Shown: positions 15,841 to 25,299 of the stretch, piece after piece
How positions within the stretch are numbered: the first letter of the stretch is position 1
Layout: each line of letters begins with the position of its first letter
Source of the DNA: a virus
Lineage: Duplodnaviria; Caudoviricetes
Direction: 5' to 3' (one strand)
Virus record (IMG/VR): IMGVR_UViG_3300011116_000489
Span: 1 to 29,917 of that record
DNA: 29,917 nucleotides
Position numbers and translations under genes: made by a program
The notes under the pieces: model-generated
The model's database searches: none
The model's input: the letters and a program-made list of their open reading frames with translations, nothing else
What the model was told of the DNA's origin: nothing

Positions 15841-16820
15841 TGGCTTCGCCTGCCCGCACACCAGACACCATTGCTGACGCTCTCCGGTATTACGGCGAGC
15901 GCATGGGGCTGCGTAAGCGGTTGGAAAGCGCAATGTCGCTTGACCAACCGAAAGACCAAGACGTTGGGGATATTGCTGCTGACATTGCGTTGGGGTTTAC
16001 CCCATTGCAATACCCGCAAGCCGCCCGAGACTTTGAACGCGCTCGGCGTGAAAGCGACCCAATTGGCATGGGGTTGGCAAGTTTAGCGGCCATTCCTGTG
16101 GTTGGCGGTGTATCCAAGACAGCGGGCCGTCTCCGAAAAATGGAAGATGTGGTCGCCGCTCGCAAGGCCGCAATGGAGGCCGCGCAAATTAACGCCGCCA
16201 GACCCGTTGCCGAAGGCGGTTTGGGGCTACACGCCGCAAATACGCCAATGGAACGCGCTCAAGCAATGGGTTTTGAGCCTGCATATCACGGAACCAATAA
16301 AGAAGTAGAACAAATTGATTTATCAAAAGCGGGCGAAATGACGAAAAACCCAAATGCACCGTTAGGCTTTTGGATGACTCCAAACACACAAGAAGCATCC
16401 CGGTACGCCAATTTTTATATAGATCGTCCAGAAGGCGCGAATGTTATGCCGTTGATGGTACGAAAAGGGCAGAAATACCCTATTTCGTATACAGAACTAA
16501 ATAACATTGCCATGAGCGTATTCAAAGGGCCGGGAAGCACGCCAAAAGAACGGTATGAATTAGGGCGAAAATCTGCAAAAAAATTGCGAGAGAAATTGCG
16601 CGGTGAAAATTATGACACCGCAGTAATGGCAGAAGGGAAACCGACGGAAGAAATTATTGCGCTTGACCCTGCAACAGTTCGTAGCCGGTTTGCCGCATTT
16701 GACCCGGCCAAGATCAACTCGCCAGACCTTCTTGCTGGCATGGCAGGGCCAACCGTATTGGCTGCTGCGCTGATGGAACAACAACGCCGAGAAAAGGAAC
16801 GCAAGGAGGCAGGACTTTAA
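15840..16820 (+). CDS. ADP-ribosyltransferase-like protein (ART-PolyVal type) with pre-toxin-like N-terminus
   Basis: AYHGT...GFWMTPN-x3-ASRYA...GANVMPL...EEIIALDP-x2-VRSRFAAFDP. Confidence 0.7.
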   Translation: MASPARTPDTIADALRYYGERMGLRKRLESAMSLDQPKDQDVGDIAADIALGFTPLQYPQAARDFERARRESDPIGMGLASLAAIPVVGGVSKTAGRLRKMEDVVAARKAAMEAAQINAARPVAEGGLGLHAANTPMERAQAMGFEPAYHGTNKEVEQIDLSKAGEMTKNPNAPLGFWMTPNTQEASRYANFYIDRPEGANVMPLMVRKGQKYPISYTELNNIAMSVFKGPGSTPKERYELGRKSAKKLREKLRGENYDTAVMAEGKPTEEIIALDPATVRSRFAAFDPAKINSPDLLAGMAGPTVLAAALMEQQRREKERKEAGL

Positions 16821-18016
16821 TGCCAAATCATTCCGACGAACAACGTCGCATAATGGCCGCTGACCGTCAACGCCTTGCCCAAGCCCTTGCTGCGGAAGCG
16901 GCACGGCGCAAGATGTTTGAAAGCATCCCCGAAGCCGCAGGGCAGGGGTTGCCGCAAACCCCCGAACGACCGATGGGCTGGAATGATTACTTGGAAAACC
17001 TGTCCATTGGGCTTGGCCGTGGTGCGGTCAACAACTTGGAAGGCATCAAGGGCATGGTGACTAGCCCGGTTGAGTCGCTTAAAGGCGTAGCAACCGGCGT
17101 GGCAGAAGCCGTGCGTAACCCGCGCATGGTGGCCGAGGCGTTGAAACAGACCGGCCAGCGCGCCATGTCCGGCCCCCTTGGGCTAGGCGAGGTAATTGGC
17201 GAAAACGTCAACATGATGCGCGTTCCCGGCAAACCGGTAATGCACGAACTGGACGTATACCATGGCACGCCACACCGCTTTCCGGCCACCGAAGCCAACC
17301 CGCTAGGCGAGTTTGACGCAAGCAAGATCGGCACGGGTGAAGGCGCACAGGCTTATGGACACGGCATTTACCTTGCTCAAGCCCCCGGCACAGCAGAAAT
17401 TTACAAACGTGGGCTTGCTGAAGATGTGATCGCAGTTGATGGCAATCGGATTGCAGCAAAACGGTCGGTAGAAGCGAGGCGTGATCCAGAAAGCATTGCC
17501 GTTAACGCATTAATATCAGCCAAATCTGGGCAAGTGGACGATCCGTTTGCAACCGCCATGCAAAGACTTGGCGGCAAATATGGGCCGCGCAACGAATACG
17601 ATGCAAAAGCCATAGAAGTAATACGAGATTGGCGCAACAGAGGCGCAAAAATTGAAGAAGGCGGCGTAATGTACAAAGCCGACCTTCCCGACGAAATGAT
17701 TGGTCGGATGTTGGATTGGGATAAGCCGATTAAAGATCAGCCCGAAGCGGTGCGTAAAGCCATTGATCGGATTGAAAGCGAATTTGGCATGCGAAACCAA
17801 CCATACAAAAATCAAGAAGCAACTGGGTTTTGGTATGGTGCTTTGACCGATACGGTAGGCGGGCAACAAAACGCATCAAAATTGCTGAAAGAATACGGCG
17901 TTCCCGGTATTGCTTATTTAGACGCAGGCAGCCGAGGCCAAGGCGGCACGGGAACCCGCAACTTTGTTGTATTCCCCGGTGAAGAAAAGAAAGTACGCAT
18001 ATTGGAGCGCAAGTAA
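16820..18016 (+). CDS. second ART-fold-like protein (GTGEGAQAYG type)
   Basis: VYHGT...FD-x-SKIGTGEGAQAYGHGIYLA...GVPGIAYLD...TRNFVVF. Confidence 0.6.
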   Translation: MPNHSDEQRRIMAADRQRLAQALAAEAARRKMFESIPEAAGQGLPQTPERPMGWNDYLENLSIGLGRGAVNNLEGIKGMVTSPVESLKGVATGVAEAVRNPRMVAEALKQTGQRAMSGPLGLGEVIGENVNMMRVPGKPVMHELDVYHGTPHRFPATEANPLGEFDASKIGTGEGAQAYGHGIYLAQAPGTAEIYKRGLAEDVIAVDGNRIAAKRSVEARRDPESIAVNALISAKSGQVDDPFATAMQRLGGKYGPRNEYDAKAIEVIRDWRNRGAKIEEGGVMYKADLPDEMIGRMLDWDKPIKDQPEAVRKAIDRIESEFGMRNQPYKNQEATGFWYGALTDTVGGQQNASKLLKEYGVPGIAYLDAGSRGQGGTGTRNFVVFPGEEKKVRILERK

Positions 18017-18189
18017 TGCCTAGCCATAGTGACAAACAACGCCGGTTCATGGCCGCAGCCGCCCACTCACCAGAGTTCGCAAAGAAGGCGGGTATCCCGC
18101 AAAGCGTGGCAAAGGAATACAACCAAGCCGATAAAGGCAAGAAACTTGCCGAAGCCATGAAACGGATGCCCAAGCGCGACGACACCTAG
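18016..18189 (+). CDS. 57-aa basic protein (not in the ORF track)
   Basis: TAATG coupling; MPSHSDKQRRFMAAAAHSPEFAKKAGIPQSVAKEYNQADKGKKLAEAMKRMPKRDDT. Confidence 0.8.
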   Translation: MPSHSDKQRRFMAAAAHSPEFAKKAGIPQSVAKEYNQADKGKKLAEAMKRMPKRDDT

Positions 18190-18217
18190 CGTTAGGTATG
18201 TTTTAATAAGCATGGCT

Positions 18218-18230
18218 TATCAATAACTTG
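18218..18230 (+). promoter_or_regulatory. IHF-binding consensus just upstream of terS
   Basis: TATCAATAACTTG matches WATCAANNNNTTR exactly, with an AT-rich tract upstream. Confidence 0.6.
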
Positions 18231-18237
18231 ACTAAAC

Positions 18238-18477
18238 ATGGCAGCACGCAAAAACACCCCTCGGTTAAGCCAAGAATGGCGCGAAAGAATCCGCTCTGGC
18301 GTGATATTGGCTCGTTTAGAGCAAGCCGCCCTTGGTGAACTGGAAATCAGCCCCGCGTCCCTAAAAGCGGCAGAGATCGTTTTACGCAAGACCATTCCAG
18401 ACCTTGCGCGTACCGAAGTAACGGGTGAGGACGGCAAACCGCAGGAAATGACGATCAGTTGGAAGGAGCCGAAGTAG
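18238..18477 (+). CDS. terS: terminase small subunit (putative)
   Basis: 79 aa directly before terL; LKAAEIVLRKTIPDL...EVTGEDGKP C-terminus. Confidence 0.7.
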   Translation: MAARKNTPRLSQEWRERIRSGVILARLEQAALGELEISPASLKAAEIVLRKTIPDLARTEVTGEDGKPQEMTISWKEPK

Positions 18478-19809
18478 TTGCACATTGAGATGCCCTACGA
18501 GCCTCGGAAGGCGTTTATGCCTTTTCACAACCGCACGAAGCGGTGGGCGTGCGTAGTGGCCCATCGGCGTGCTGGCAAGACCGTCGCCGCCGTCAACGAC
18601 ATTATCCGCGCTGGCATCATGTACAAAGGCCCAAACGGGCTATTCGGCTACGTTGCCCCGTATATGAACCAAGCCCGCCGGATCGCATGGGATTATTTCA
18701 AGTATTACGCCCAACCAATCGTTAAAGACGTTAACGAATCGCAAATGACGATTACGCTGATTAACGGCGTGAAGATCAGTCTGTTCGGCGCAGATAACGC
18801 CGATGCCATGCGAGGCTTGGGATTTTCGGGCCTATATCTTGATGAATTCGCGGACTTCCGAGCAAGCGTATTCGGCAATATCTTGAGGCCATCTCTATCA
18901 GACAAAAACGGATGGTGCGTTTTCAGCGGCACTCCGAAGGGCTACAACGCTTTTTACGAAGTGTATCGCCGCGCACAGGCTGACCCGTCCGATTGGTTCT
19001 TGCTGCGCTTACCCGCTTCTGAAAGCGGGCTTCTCCCAAGCAGCGAACTAGCCGCTGCCCGAGCGCAATTAAGCCCCGACCAGTACCAGCAAGAGTACGA
19101 GTGCGATTTCTCAAGTGCCGTGGCCGGGGCGTTTTTTGGGCGCGAGATGAACGAGGCCGAAAACCAAGGCCGCATCACTACCGTTTCGCACGACCCCGAG
19201 TTGGGAACGTACACGGCATGGGACTTGGGCTACCGCGACGATACGGCGATCTGGTTTTACCAAGTGGTGCGCGGCGAGATTCGCGTCATAGACTTTTATG
19301 CCGTGAGCGGGGCCAACATCGCAGAACTGGCCGAAGTGGTCATGGGCAAGCCTTACCGCTATGTGAAGCACAACCTACCGCATGACGCTCGGGCCAAGAC
19401 GCTGGCTTCGGGCGGCAAATCAGTCATTGAACAACTGGCGCATCATTTGGGGCTAGCCAACCTTGCCATCGTTCCCGAGTTGGGCGTACAGGACGGCATC
19501 CAAGCCGTGCGCGCCATGCTCCCGCGAGTCTGGTTTGATGCCAACAAATGCGCCGATGGCATTGAGGCGTTGCGCCAATACCAGCGCGAGTATGACGAGG
19601 ACAAAAAGACGTTCCGGCAGACACCGCGACATGATTGGTGTTCACATCCCGCAGATGCGTTTAGAATGCTAGCCATTGCTTGGCGGTCAGAGCCTACAGC
19701 CCAACGACCACCAGAGAGTCGTACATTGATCGTCGGCCCCGAGAATGAGGTCACCCTCAACGATATGTGGGCAATTCATTCACAACAGTCACGAAGGGCA
19801 CGAATATGA
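18478..19809 (+). CDS. terL: terminase large subunit
   Basis: HRRAGKT Walker A, LYLDE Walker B, GTPKG, WDLG and HPADAFR nuclease motifs. Confidence 0.95.
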   Translation: MHIEMPYEPRKAFMPFHNRTKRWACVVAHRRAGKTVAAVNDIIRAGIMYKGPNGLFGYVAPYMNQARRIAWDYFKYYAQPIVKDVNESQMTITLINGVKISLFGADNADAMRGLGFSGLYLDEFADFRASVFGNILRPSLSDKNGWCVFSGTPKGYNAFYEVYRRAQADPSDWFLLRLPASESGLLPSSELAAARAQLSPDQYQQEYECDFSSAVAGAFFGREMNEAENQGRITTVSHDPELGTYTAWDLGYRDDTAIWFYQVVRGEIRVIDFYAVSGANIAELAEVVMGKPYRYVKHNLPHDARAKTLASGGKSVIEQLAHHLGLANLAIVPELGVQDGIQAVRAMLPRVWFDANKCADGIEALRQYQREYDEDKKTFRQTPRHDWCSHPADAFRMLAIAWRSEPTAQRPPESRTLIVGPENEVTLNDMWAIHSQQSRRARI

Positions 19810-20066
19810 GCATTCCCGTTACAGCCGCGCAAAACGCGAAGAATTTGACCGCAACCACCACGGTTTACACCGGAACGGGTGGTCTTTTCGGCATTTTTGT
19901 CGCCAGCACCACCGCAGGAACCATTAAGGTTTCGGACGGCGCAACCACAATGGTCAACACGTTCACGCCGCTGGGCGCGACCTTTTACCAGTTGCCGGGA
20001 CGGTTCAACACCAGCCTTGTGGTGACCATTACCGGAACCGTTGACTGCACGGTGTTCTGGTCGTAA
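19806..20066 (+). CDS. small beta-rich virion (decoration-like) protein
   Basis: ATGA overlap; Thr/Gly/Val-rich, 86 aa. Confidence 0.6.
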   Translation: MSIPVTAAQNAKNLTATTTVYTGTGGLFGIFVASTTAGTIKVSDGATTMVNTFTPLGATFYQLPGRFNTSLVVTITGTVDCTVFWS

Positions 20067-20082
20067 GACGAGGTAACGCGCT

Positions 20083-22329
20083 ATGGATCAGATTGCCAGC
20101 ACAGAGGTTGAACGATACCTCCGAACCATCGGCGCGTATGACAATGAGTTCGCCAAGTGGAACGCTCGGGTCAAGAAGATCATCAAGCGTTACCGCGACG
20201 ACACGCGGTCAAGCCAAGGCAACGAAACCGCCAAGTTCAACATCCTCTGGTCTAACGTCCAGACGTTGATCCCGGCGGTCTACGCCAAACTGCCGAAAGC
20301 CGATGTGTCGCGTAGGTTTGGCGACAATGACCCCGTTAGCCGCGTGGCAAGCCTGCTGATTGAGCGGGCGGTGGACTTTGAGATTGAACACTACCCCGAT
20401 TTCCGCGCCACGATGAAGGAGTGCGTGACCGACCGATTCCTCGGCGGTCGCGGTATTGCTTGGGTGCGTTATGAGCCGCACGTTAAGCCGCAGGGTATTG
20501 AGGACGACGGCCTAGAGATCACCGAGGACATTGAGCCGGGTGAAGGCGAGCCGAACCGCCCCGAGGAGATTGAGTACGAGTGCGCCCCGGTGGATTACGT
20601 CCATTGGCGCGATTTCGGCCATTCGCCCGCCCGTACTTGGGAAGAAGTCACGCAAGTCTGGCGTTGGGTCTACATGACCCGTGAGGCTCTCGCAGAACGC
20701 TTTGGCGAGGAGATGGCGCGCAAGATACCTCTTGACCAAGGGCCGGAGCCGCTCAACGCCTACAACGAACAAAAAAAAATGTACAACCGCGCCAAGATTT
20801 GCGAACTCTGGGACAAGGAGCGCAACAAGGTCGTTTGGTTGTGCAAGGGGATGCCGACCGTCATTGACGAGCGCGACGACCCGCTTGGGCTGGAAGGATT
20901 TTGGCCTTGCCCGAAACCGCTGTATGCGACCACGACTAGCGACAGCCTTGTACCGGTTCCAGACTTTGTGCTGTACCAAGACCAAGCGATGGAGTTGGAC
21001 ATTCTGTCCGACCGCATTGACGGCTTGGTGAAAGCCCTGCGCGTGCGGGGTGTTTATGACGCAAGCCAGCCCGCGCTACAACGGCTGATGACGGAGGGCG
21101 ACAACAATGCTCTTATCCCTGTGGACAAGTGGACTGGCTTTAGCGAAAAAGGCGGCCTCAAGGGTTCGGTTGACCTTCTCCCGCTGGACACCATCGCCCA
21201 AGCCCTCATCCAATGCTATCAAGCCCGAAGCGACATCAAAGCCCAAATCTACGAAATCACGGGCATCTCGGACATTATCCGTGGGCAAGGCGCAGCATCG
21301 GAAACCGCAACCGCGCAGCAGATCAAAGGGCAGTACGCGGGATTAAGACTGCGCTCCATGCAGGAGGACGTAGCCCTCTTTGCATCTGACCTCATCCGGC
21401 TAAAGGCGCAGATCATTTGCACCAAGTTTCAGCCGGAAACCATTTTGGCGTATGCGGCGGCTAACCAAATGTCGCCCTCGGATCAGCAGTTGATCCCGCA
21501 GGCGATGCAGTTAATTAAAGATCGCCCGCTGCGTAACTTCCGCATTGAGATTGCCGCCGACTCACTCGTACAGATTGACGAAGCGCAAAACAAGCGCGAC
21601 CGGCTTGAGTTCATCCAAGCCTACGGCGGCTTCTTAAATCAAGCGTTGCCGGTGGCGCAAGCCTCGCCGCAGATGGTTCCGATGATGATGGAATTATTGA
21701 AGTATGGAATCGGCGCGTTTAAGCAGGCGCGTGGCATTGAAGGCGAACTGGACACCGCGCTTGAGCAGATGAAAGCGCAAGCGCAGCAGCCGAAGCCCAA
21801 TCCCGAAGCCGAAGCGGAGCAAGCCAAGATGCAAGCCGAGCAGCAGAAAGTGCAGGCCGAAATGCAGATGGAACAGGCCAAACTGCAACAGGAAGGCCAG
21901 TTGCGGGCGCAAGAAATGCAGATGCAAGCGCAGATTGACAAGTACAAAGCCGACCTTGACGCGCAGACCAAAATTAACGTGGCGCGTATTTCGGCCAACC
22001 CCGGCATTGATATTCCAATGCTAGAGGTGACCAAGGCCAACACGGAACGCATGATGGAGAACGTGGAAGGCAACGTGGTCGGCTCGGCACAGGCTATCCA
22101 AGAACTGCAACAGCAGACGATGCAGATGTATGCCGACATGATGGGCAAGTTGGAAGCCGCGCTCAAAACGCTTACGGCTCCCAAGCGCATCGTGCGTGGG
22201 CCGGATGGCCGCGCTGCTGGCGTAGAGGTGGTGCAACAGCCGTTGCCGTTTGCCATGCCGCCGCAACCGCCTGCGCCGCCCGTGACGCAAGTTGCGCCGC
22301 CGATGACTCAACCGCCCACGGTGCAATAA
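20083..22329 (+). CDS. portal protein (P22-like, long Gln-rich C-terminal barrel)
   Basis: 748 aa after terL; EITGISDIIRG...ETATAQQ motif; C-terminal coiled coil. Confidence 0.88.
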   Translation: MDQIASTEVERYLRTIGAYDNEFAKWNARVKKIIKRYRDDTRSSQGNETAKFNILWSNVQTLIPAVYAKLPKADVSRRFGDNDPVSRVASLLIERAVDFEIEHYPDFRATMKECVTDRFLGGRGIAWVRYEPHVKPQGIEDDGLEITEDIEPGEGEPNRPEEIEYECAPVDYVHWRDFGHSPARTWEEVTQVWRWVYMTREALAERFGEEMARKIPLDQGPEPLNAYNEQKKMYNRAKICELWDKERNKVVWLCKGMPTVIDERDDPLGLEGFWPCPKPLYATTTSDSLVPVPDFVLYQDQAMELDILSDRIDGLVKALRVRGVYDASQPALQRLMTEGDNNALIPVDKWTGFSEKGGLKGSVDLLPLDTIAQALIQCYQARSDIKAQIYEITGISDIIRGQGAASETATAQQIKGQYAGLRLRSMQEDVALFASDLIRLKAQIICTKFQPETILAYAAANQMSPSDQQLIPQAMQLIKDRPLRNFRIEIAADSLVQIDEAQNKRDRLEFIQAYGGFLNQALPVAQASPQMVPMMMELLKYGIGAFKQARGIEGELDTALEQMKAQAQQPKPNPEAEAEQAKMQAEQQKVQAEMQMEQAKLQQEGQLRAQEMQMQAQIDKYKADLDAQTKINVARISANPGIDIPMLEVTKANTERMMENVEGNVVGSAQAIQELQQQTMQMYADMMGKLEAALKTLTAPKRIVRGPDGRAAGVEVVQQPLPFAMPPQPPAPPVTQVAPPMTQPPTVQ

Positions 22330-22332
22330 GCC

Positions 22333-24411
22333 ATGGCTCTGGTACTTAAAGACCGCGTAAAAGAGACATCGGCCACCGCTGGCACGGGCGCATTGACGCT
22401 TGGCGGTACGTCTACGGGCTACCAAGCGTTTTCGGTCATCGGTAACGGCAACAGCACTTATTACACGATCTACGACAGCACCACGGGAGCGTGGGAAGTT
22501 GGAACTGGTACTTACACTTCTGCTACCAATACGCTGTCACGCGACTCCGTGTTCTCGTCTAGTAATGCGGGCAATCTCGTTGACTTTGCGGCCAACACGA
22601 AGGACGTGTTCGTCGCGTACCCTGCGGAAGAGGCGGTCACATTAGACTCGGCGCAGACGCTTTCCAACAAAACGCTATCCAACGCCAACCTCGGCACGCC
22701 AACTGCGGGCGTATTGACCAACGCCACGGGCTTGCCGCTGACTACTGGTGTCACGGGCGTATTGCTTGAGGCTAACGGTGGCACGGGCGAATCAACATAC
22801 ACCAACGGTCAACTGCTCATCGGTAACGCCGCTGGCGGGTTGACCAAAGCCACGCTGACGGCTGGCACGGGTGTCACCATTACCAACGGCGACGGCACGA
22901 TTACGATTAACGCGCCGGATGTTGGCACGGTTACGGCAGTTACGGCTTCTGCGCCGCTTGCCTCCTCTGGCGGCAACACGCCCAACATCAGTTTTACCGG
23001 CACGCTCGGCATTGCCAACGGCGGTACAAACAGCACGGCAACCCCGACTGCTGGCGGCGTGGCGTATGGCACAGGCACGGCTTACGCAATCAGCACGGCT
23101 GGCACGGCGGGGCAGTACTTGCAGTCCACCGGCTCTGGCGCACCGGCATGGTCAAGCATTTCATCGGGCGTAGGGTCTACGGCGTACTACGGCGCGTTTC
23201 AAGACACAACCGACCAAACCATTGCCAGCACGACTACGGCGTATGTCGTCAACATCGGCATAACGGACGAAGCCAACGGCGTAAGCATTGCTAGCGGCAA
23301 CCGCATCACCTACGCCAACGCCGGAACGTATGCGCTGACGTATTCCATTCAGTTGGAAAACGCCAACAACGGCATCCAAGACGTTGACATTTGGGTGCGT
23401 AAAAACGGCACAGATTTAAGCGATAGCAACAGCCAATTTAGCGTCCCTAACAAGCACGGCAGTACCAACGGTCACTTGATCGCGGTCTGTAACTACGTTT
23501 TCACGCTGGCTGCGGGCGATTATTTGCAAATCGCATGGGCGGCAAGCAGCACCGACGTATCCATTCAAACATACCCGGCGCAGACCTCCCCGACTCGCCC
23601 GCTAACGCCCGGTGTCATTGTCACGACCTCGCAACTGACGCAGATCGGCATTGGTTACTACGGGCTTACGTCTACGTCCTCGGTTGCCATCGGCACGGGA
23701 ACCAAGACGTTCACGACTAACCTCAACTCCACCAACACGGCGTTTACGGTCGGCTCCCGCGTCCGTGTGGCGTACCCGCCCGACCCGACGTATTTCATGG
23801 AAGGCAACATCACCGCCTTCTCGGGTACGACGCTAACGATTAACGCAGACGTTGTTGGTGGCTCGGGAACGTTGGCTAACTGGTCGTTTACGTCAGTTGG
23901 CTCGGCAGGCGTTACCAGTTTCAGCGCAGACGCTACGGGCCTTACGCCCTCCACGGCCACAACCGGTGCTGTGACCCTCGGCGGCACGCTAAACGTTTCT
24001 AATGGCGGCACAGGCGCAACCACGGCAGCGGGCGCACGCACAAGCCTTGATGTGCCGTCCACCTCGGGCAGCGGAGCCACGGGAACGTGGGGTATTAGCG
24101 TCACGGGCAACGCAGGAACAGTTACCAACGGCGTATACACGACCGGCTCGTATGCCGACCCGACATGGATTACCTCGCTTGCTTCTAGCAAATTAACCGG
24201 CACGGTAGCGGTTGCAACGGGCGGTACGGGCGTTAGCACTACGCCGACCAACGGCCAATTGCTGATCGGCAACGGTTCGGGTTACACGGTTGCCAACATT
24301 ACGGCAGGTAGCGGCATAAGCGTCACCAACGGTTCGGGTTCCATCACCATTGCGGCATCGGGCGGTAGTAGCGCGGCAGGCGCACAAGCCTATGCTTGGT
24401 TCATTTCTTGA
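22333..24411 (+). CDS. fibre/spike protein with internal repeats and a C1q/BclA-like domain
   Basis: NGGTG and NGQLLIGN repeats; central YGAF...AGTY...WVRKNG...LAAGDYLQI beta domain. Confidence 0.7.
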   Translation: MALVLKDRVKETSATAGTGALTLGGTSTGYQAFSVIGNGNSTYYTIYDSTTGAWEVGTGTYTSATNTLSRDSVFSSSNAGNLVDFAANTKDVFVAYPAEEAVTLDSAQTLSNKTLSNANLGTPTAGVLTNATGLPLTTGVTGVLLEANGGTGESTYTNGQLLIGNAAGGLTKATLTAGTGVTITNGDGTITINAPDVGTVTAVTASAPLASSGGNTPNISFTGTLGIANGGTNSTATPTAGGVAYGTGTAYAISTAGTAGQYLQSTGSGAPAWSSISSGVGSTAYYGAFQDTTDQTIASTTTAYVVNIGITDEANGVSIASGNRITYANAGTYALTYSIQLENANNGIQDVDIWVRKNGTDLSDSNSQFSVPNKHGSTNGHLIAVCNYVFTLAAGDYLQIAWAASSTDVSIQTYPAQTSPTRPLTPGVIVTTSQLTQIGIGYYGLTSTSSVAIGTGTKTFTTNLNSTNTAFTVGSRVRVAYPPDPTYFMEGNITAFSGTTLTINADVVGGSGTLANWSFTSVGSAGVTSFSADATGLTPSTATTGAVTLGGTLNVSNGGTGATTAAGARTSLDVPSTSGSGATGTWGISVTGNAGTVTNGVYTTGSYADPTWITSLASSKLTGTVAVATGGTGVSTTPTNGQLLIGNGSGYTVANITAGSGISVTNGSGSITIAASGGSSAAGAQAYAWFIS

Positions 24412-24420
24412 GGGTCTGAC

Positions 24421-25296
24421 ATGGCACTTTTAATCCTTGACTCAACGAGCAAATCTATCGTTGTCGCCATGTCGGGCGCAGCGGCCACGACTAACCCCGA
24501 CTTTACGGCGGCGTGGGCTGACAACAACGGCACGACCTTTACAGAAGGCGCAAACGACGGCGCGCTGAACGGCACGACAAGCGTTACGCTGGTTGCGGCT
24601 CCTGCGGCTTCTACGCGCCGCACAATTAAATCCATCACCATTGAAAACAAAGACACCGCTGCCGTCACAATTACGGTGTCATACAACAACAACTCAACGC
24701 TTCGCACGTTAGTCAAAGTCACGTTGCAAGTTGGCGATACTTGGACAACTGATGGCACGTTTGACACAACCGGATCGTTAAAACAATCCGTAGGCAACGT
24801 AAATCTTGCAACGCAAGTTACTGGAACGTTGGCCGTAACCAATGGCGGGACGGGCGTAACAACTAGCACCGGCTCGGGCAACAACGTGCTGTCCACTAGT
24901 CCGACGCTTGTAACTCCGATTTTGGGTACGCCGACCTCGGGCAACTTGTCCAACTGCACCGCCGACGGCACGAACAACGTCGGTTATCGCAACATCCCGC
25001 AATCGGGATCGGACAAAACGACCTCGTACACGCTTGCGACCACCGATGTCGGCAAGTTTATTGGTGTTGGTACGTCGGGCAGCATTGTTGTGCCAAACAG
25101 CACGTTTGCAGCGGGCGACGTTGTAAGCATTTTCAACAACACAACGGGCAACATTACGATTACGACCAACCCGACATCCAGTTACATCGCTGGCACGAAC
25201 ACCACAAAAGCCTCAATGACGCTTGCGACTCGCGGCGTGGCGACCATTTTGTTTATTAGCGGCACGGTCTGTGTCGTGTCGGGGAACGTGAGTTAA
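24421..25296 (+). CDS. Thr-rich fibre-like virion protein
   Basis: GTLAVTNGGTG, SPTLVTPILGTPTSG, SYTLATTDVGK fibre motifs. Confidence 0.65.
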   Translation: MALLILDSTSKSIVVAMSGAAATTNPDFTAAWADNNGTTFTEGANDGALNGTTSVTLVAAPAASTRRTIKSITIENKDTAAVTITVSYNNNSTLRTLVKVTLQVGDTWTTDGTFDTTGSLKQSVGNVNLATQVTGTLAVTNGGTGVTTSTGSGNNVLSTSPTLVTPILGTPTSGNLSNCTADGTNNVGYRNIPQSGSDKTTSYTLATTDVGKFIGVGTSGSIVVPNSTFAAGDVVSIFNNTTGNITITTNPTSSYIAGTNTTKASMTLATRGVATILFISGTVCVVSGNVS

Positions 25297-25299
25297 GCC

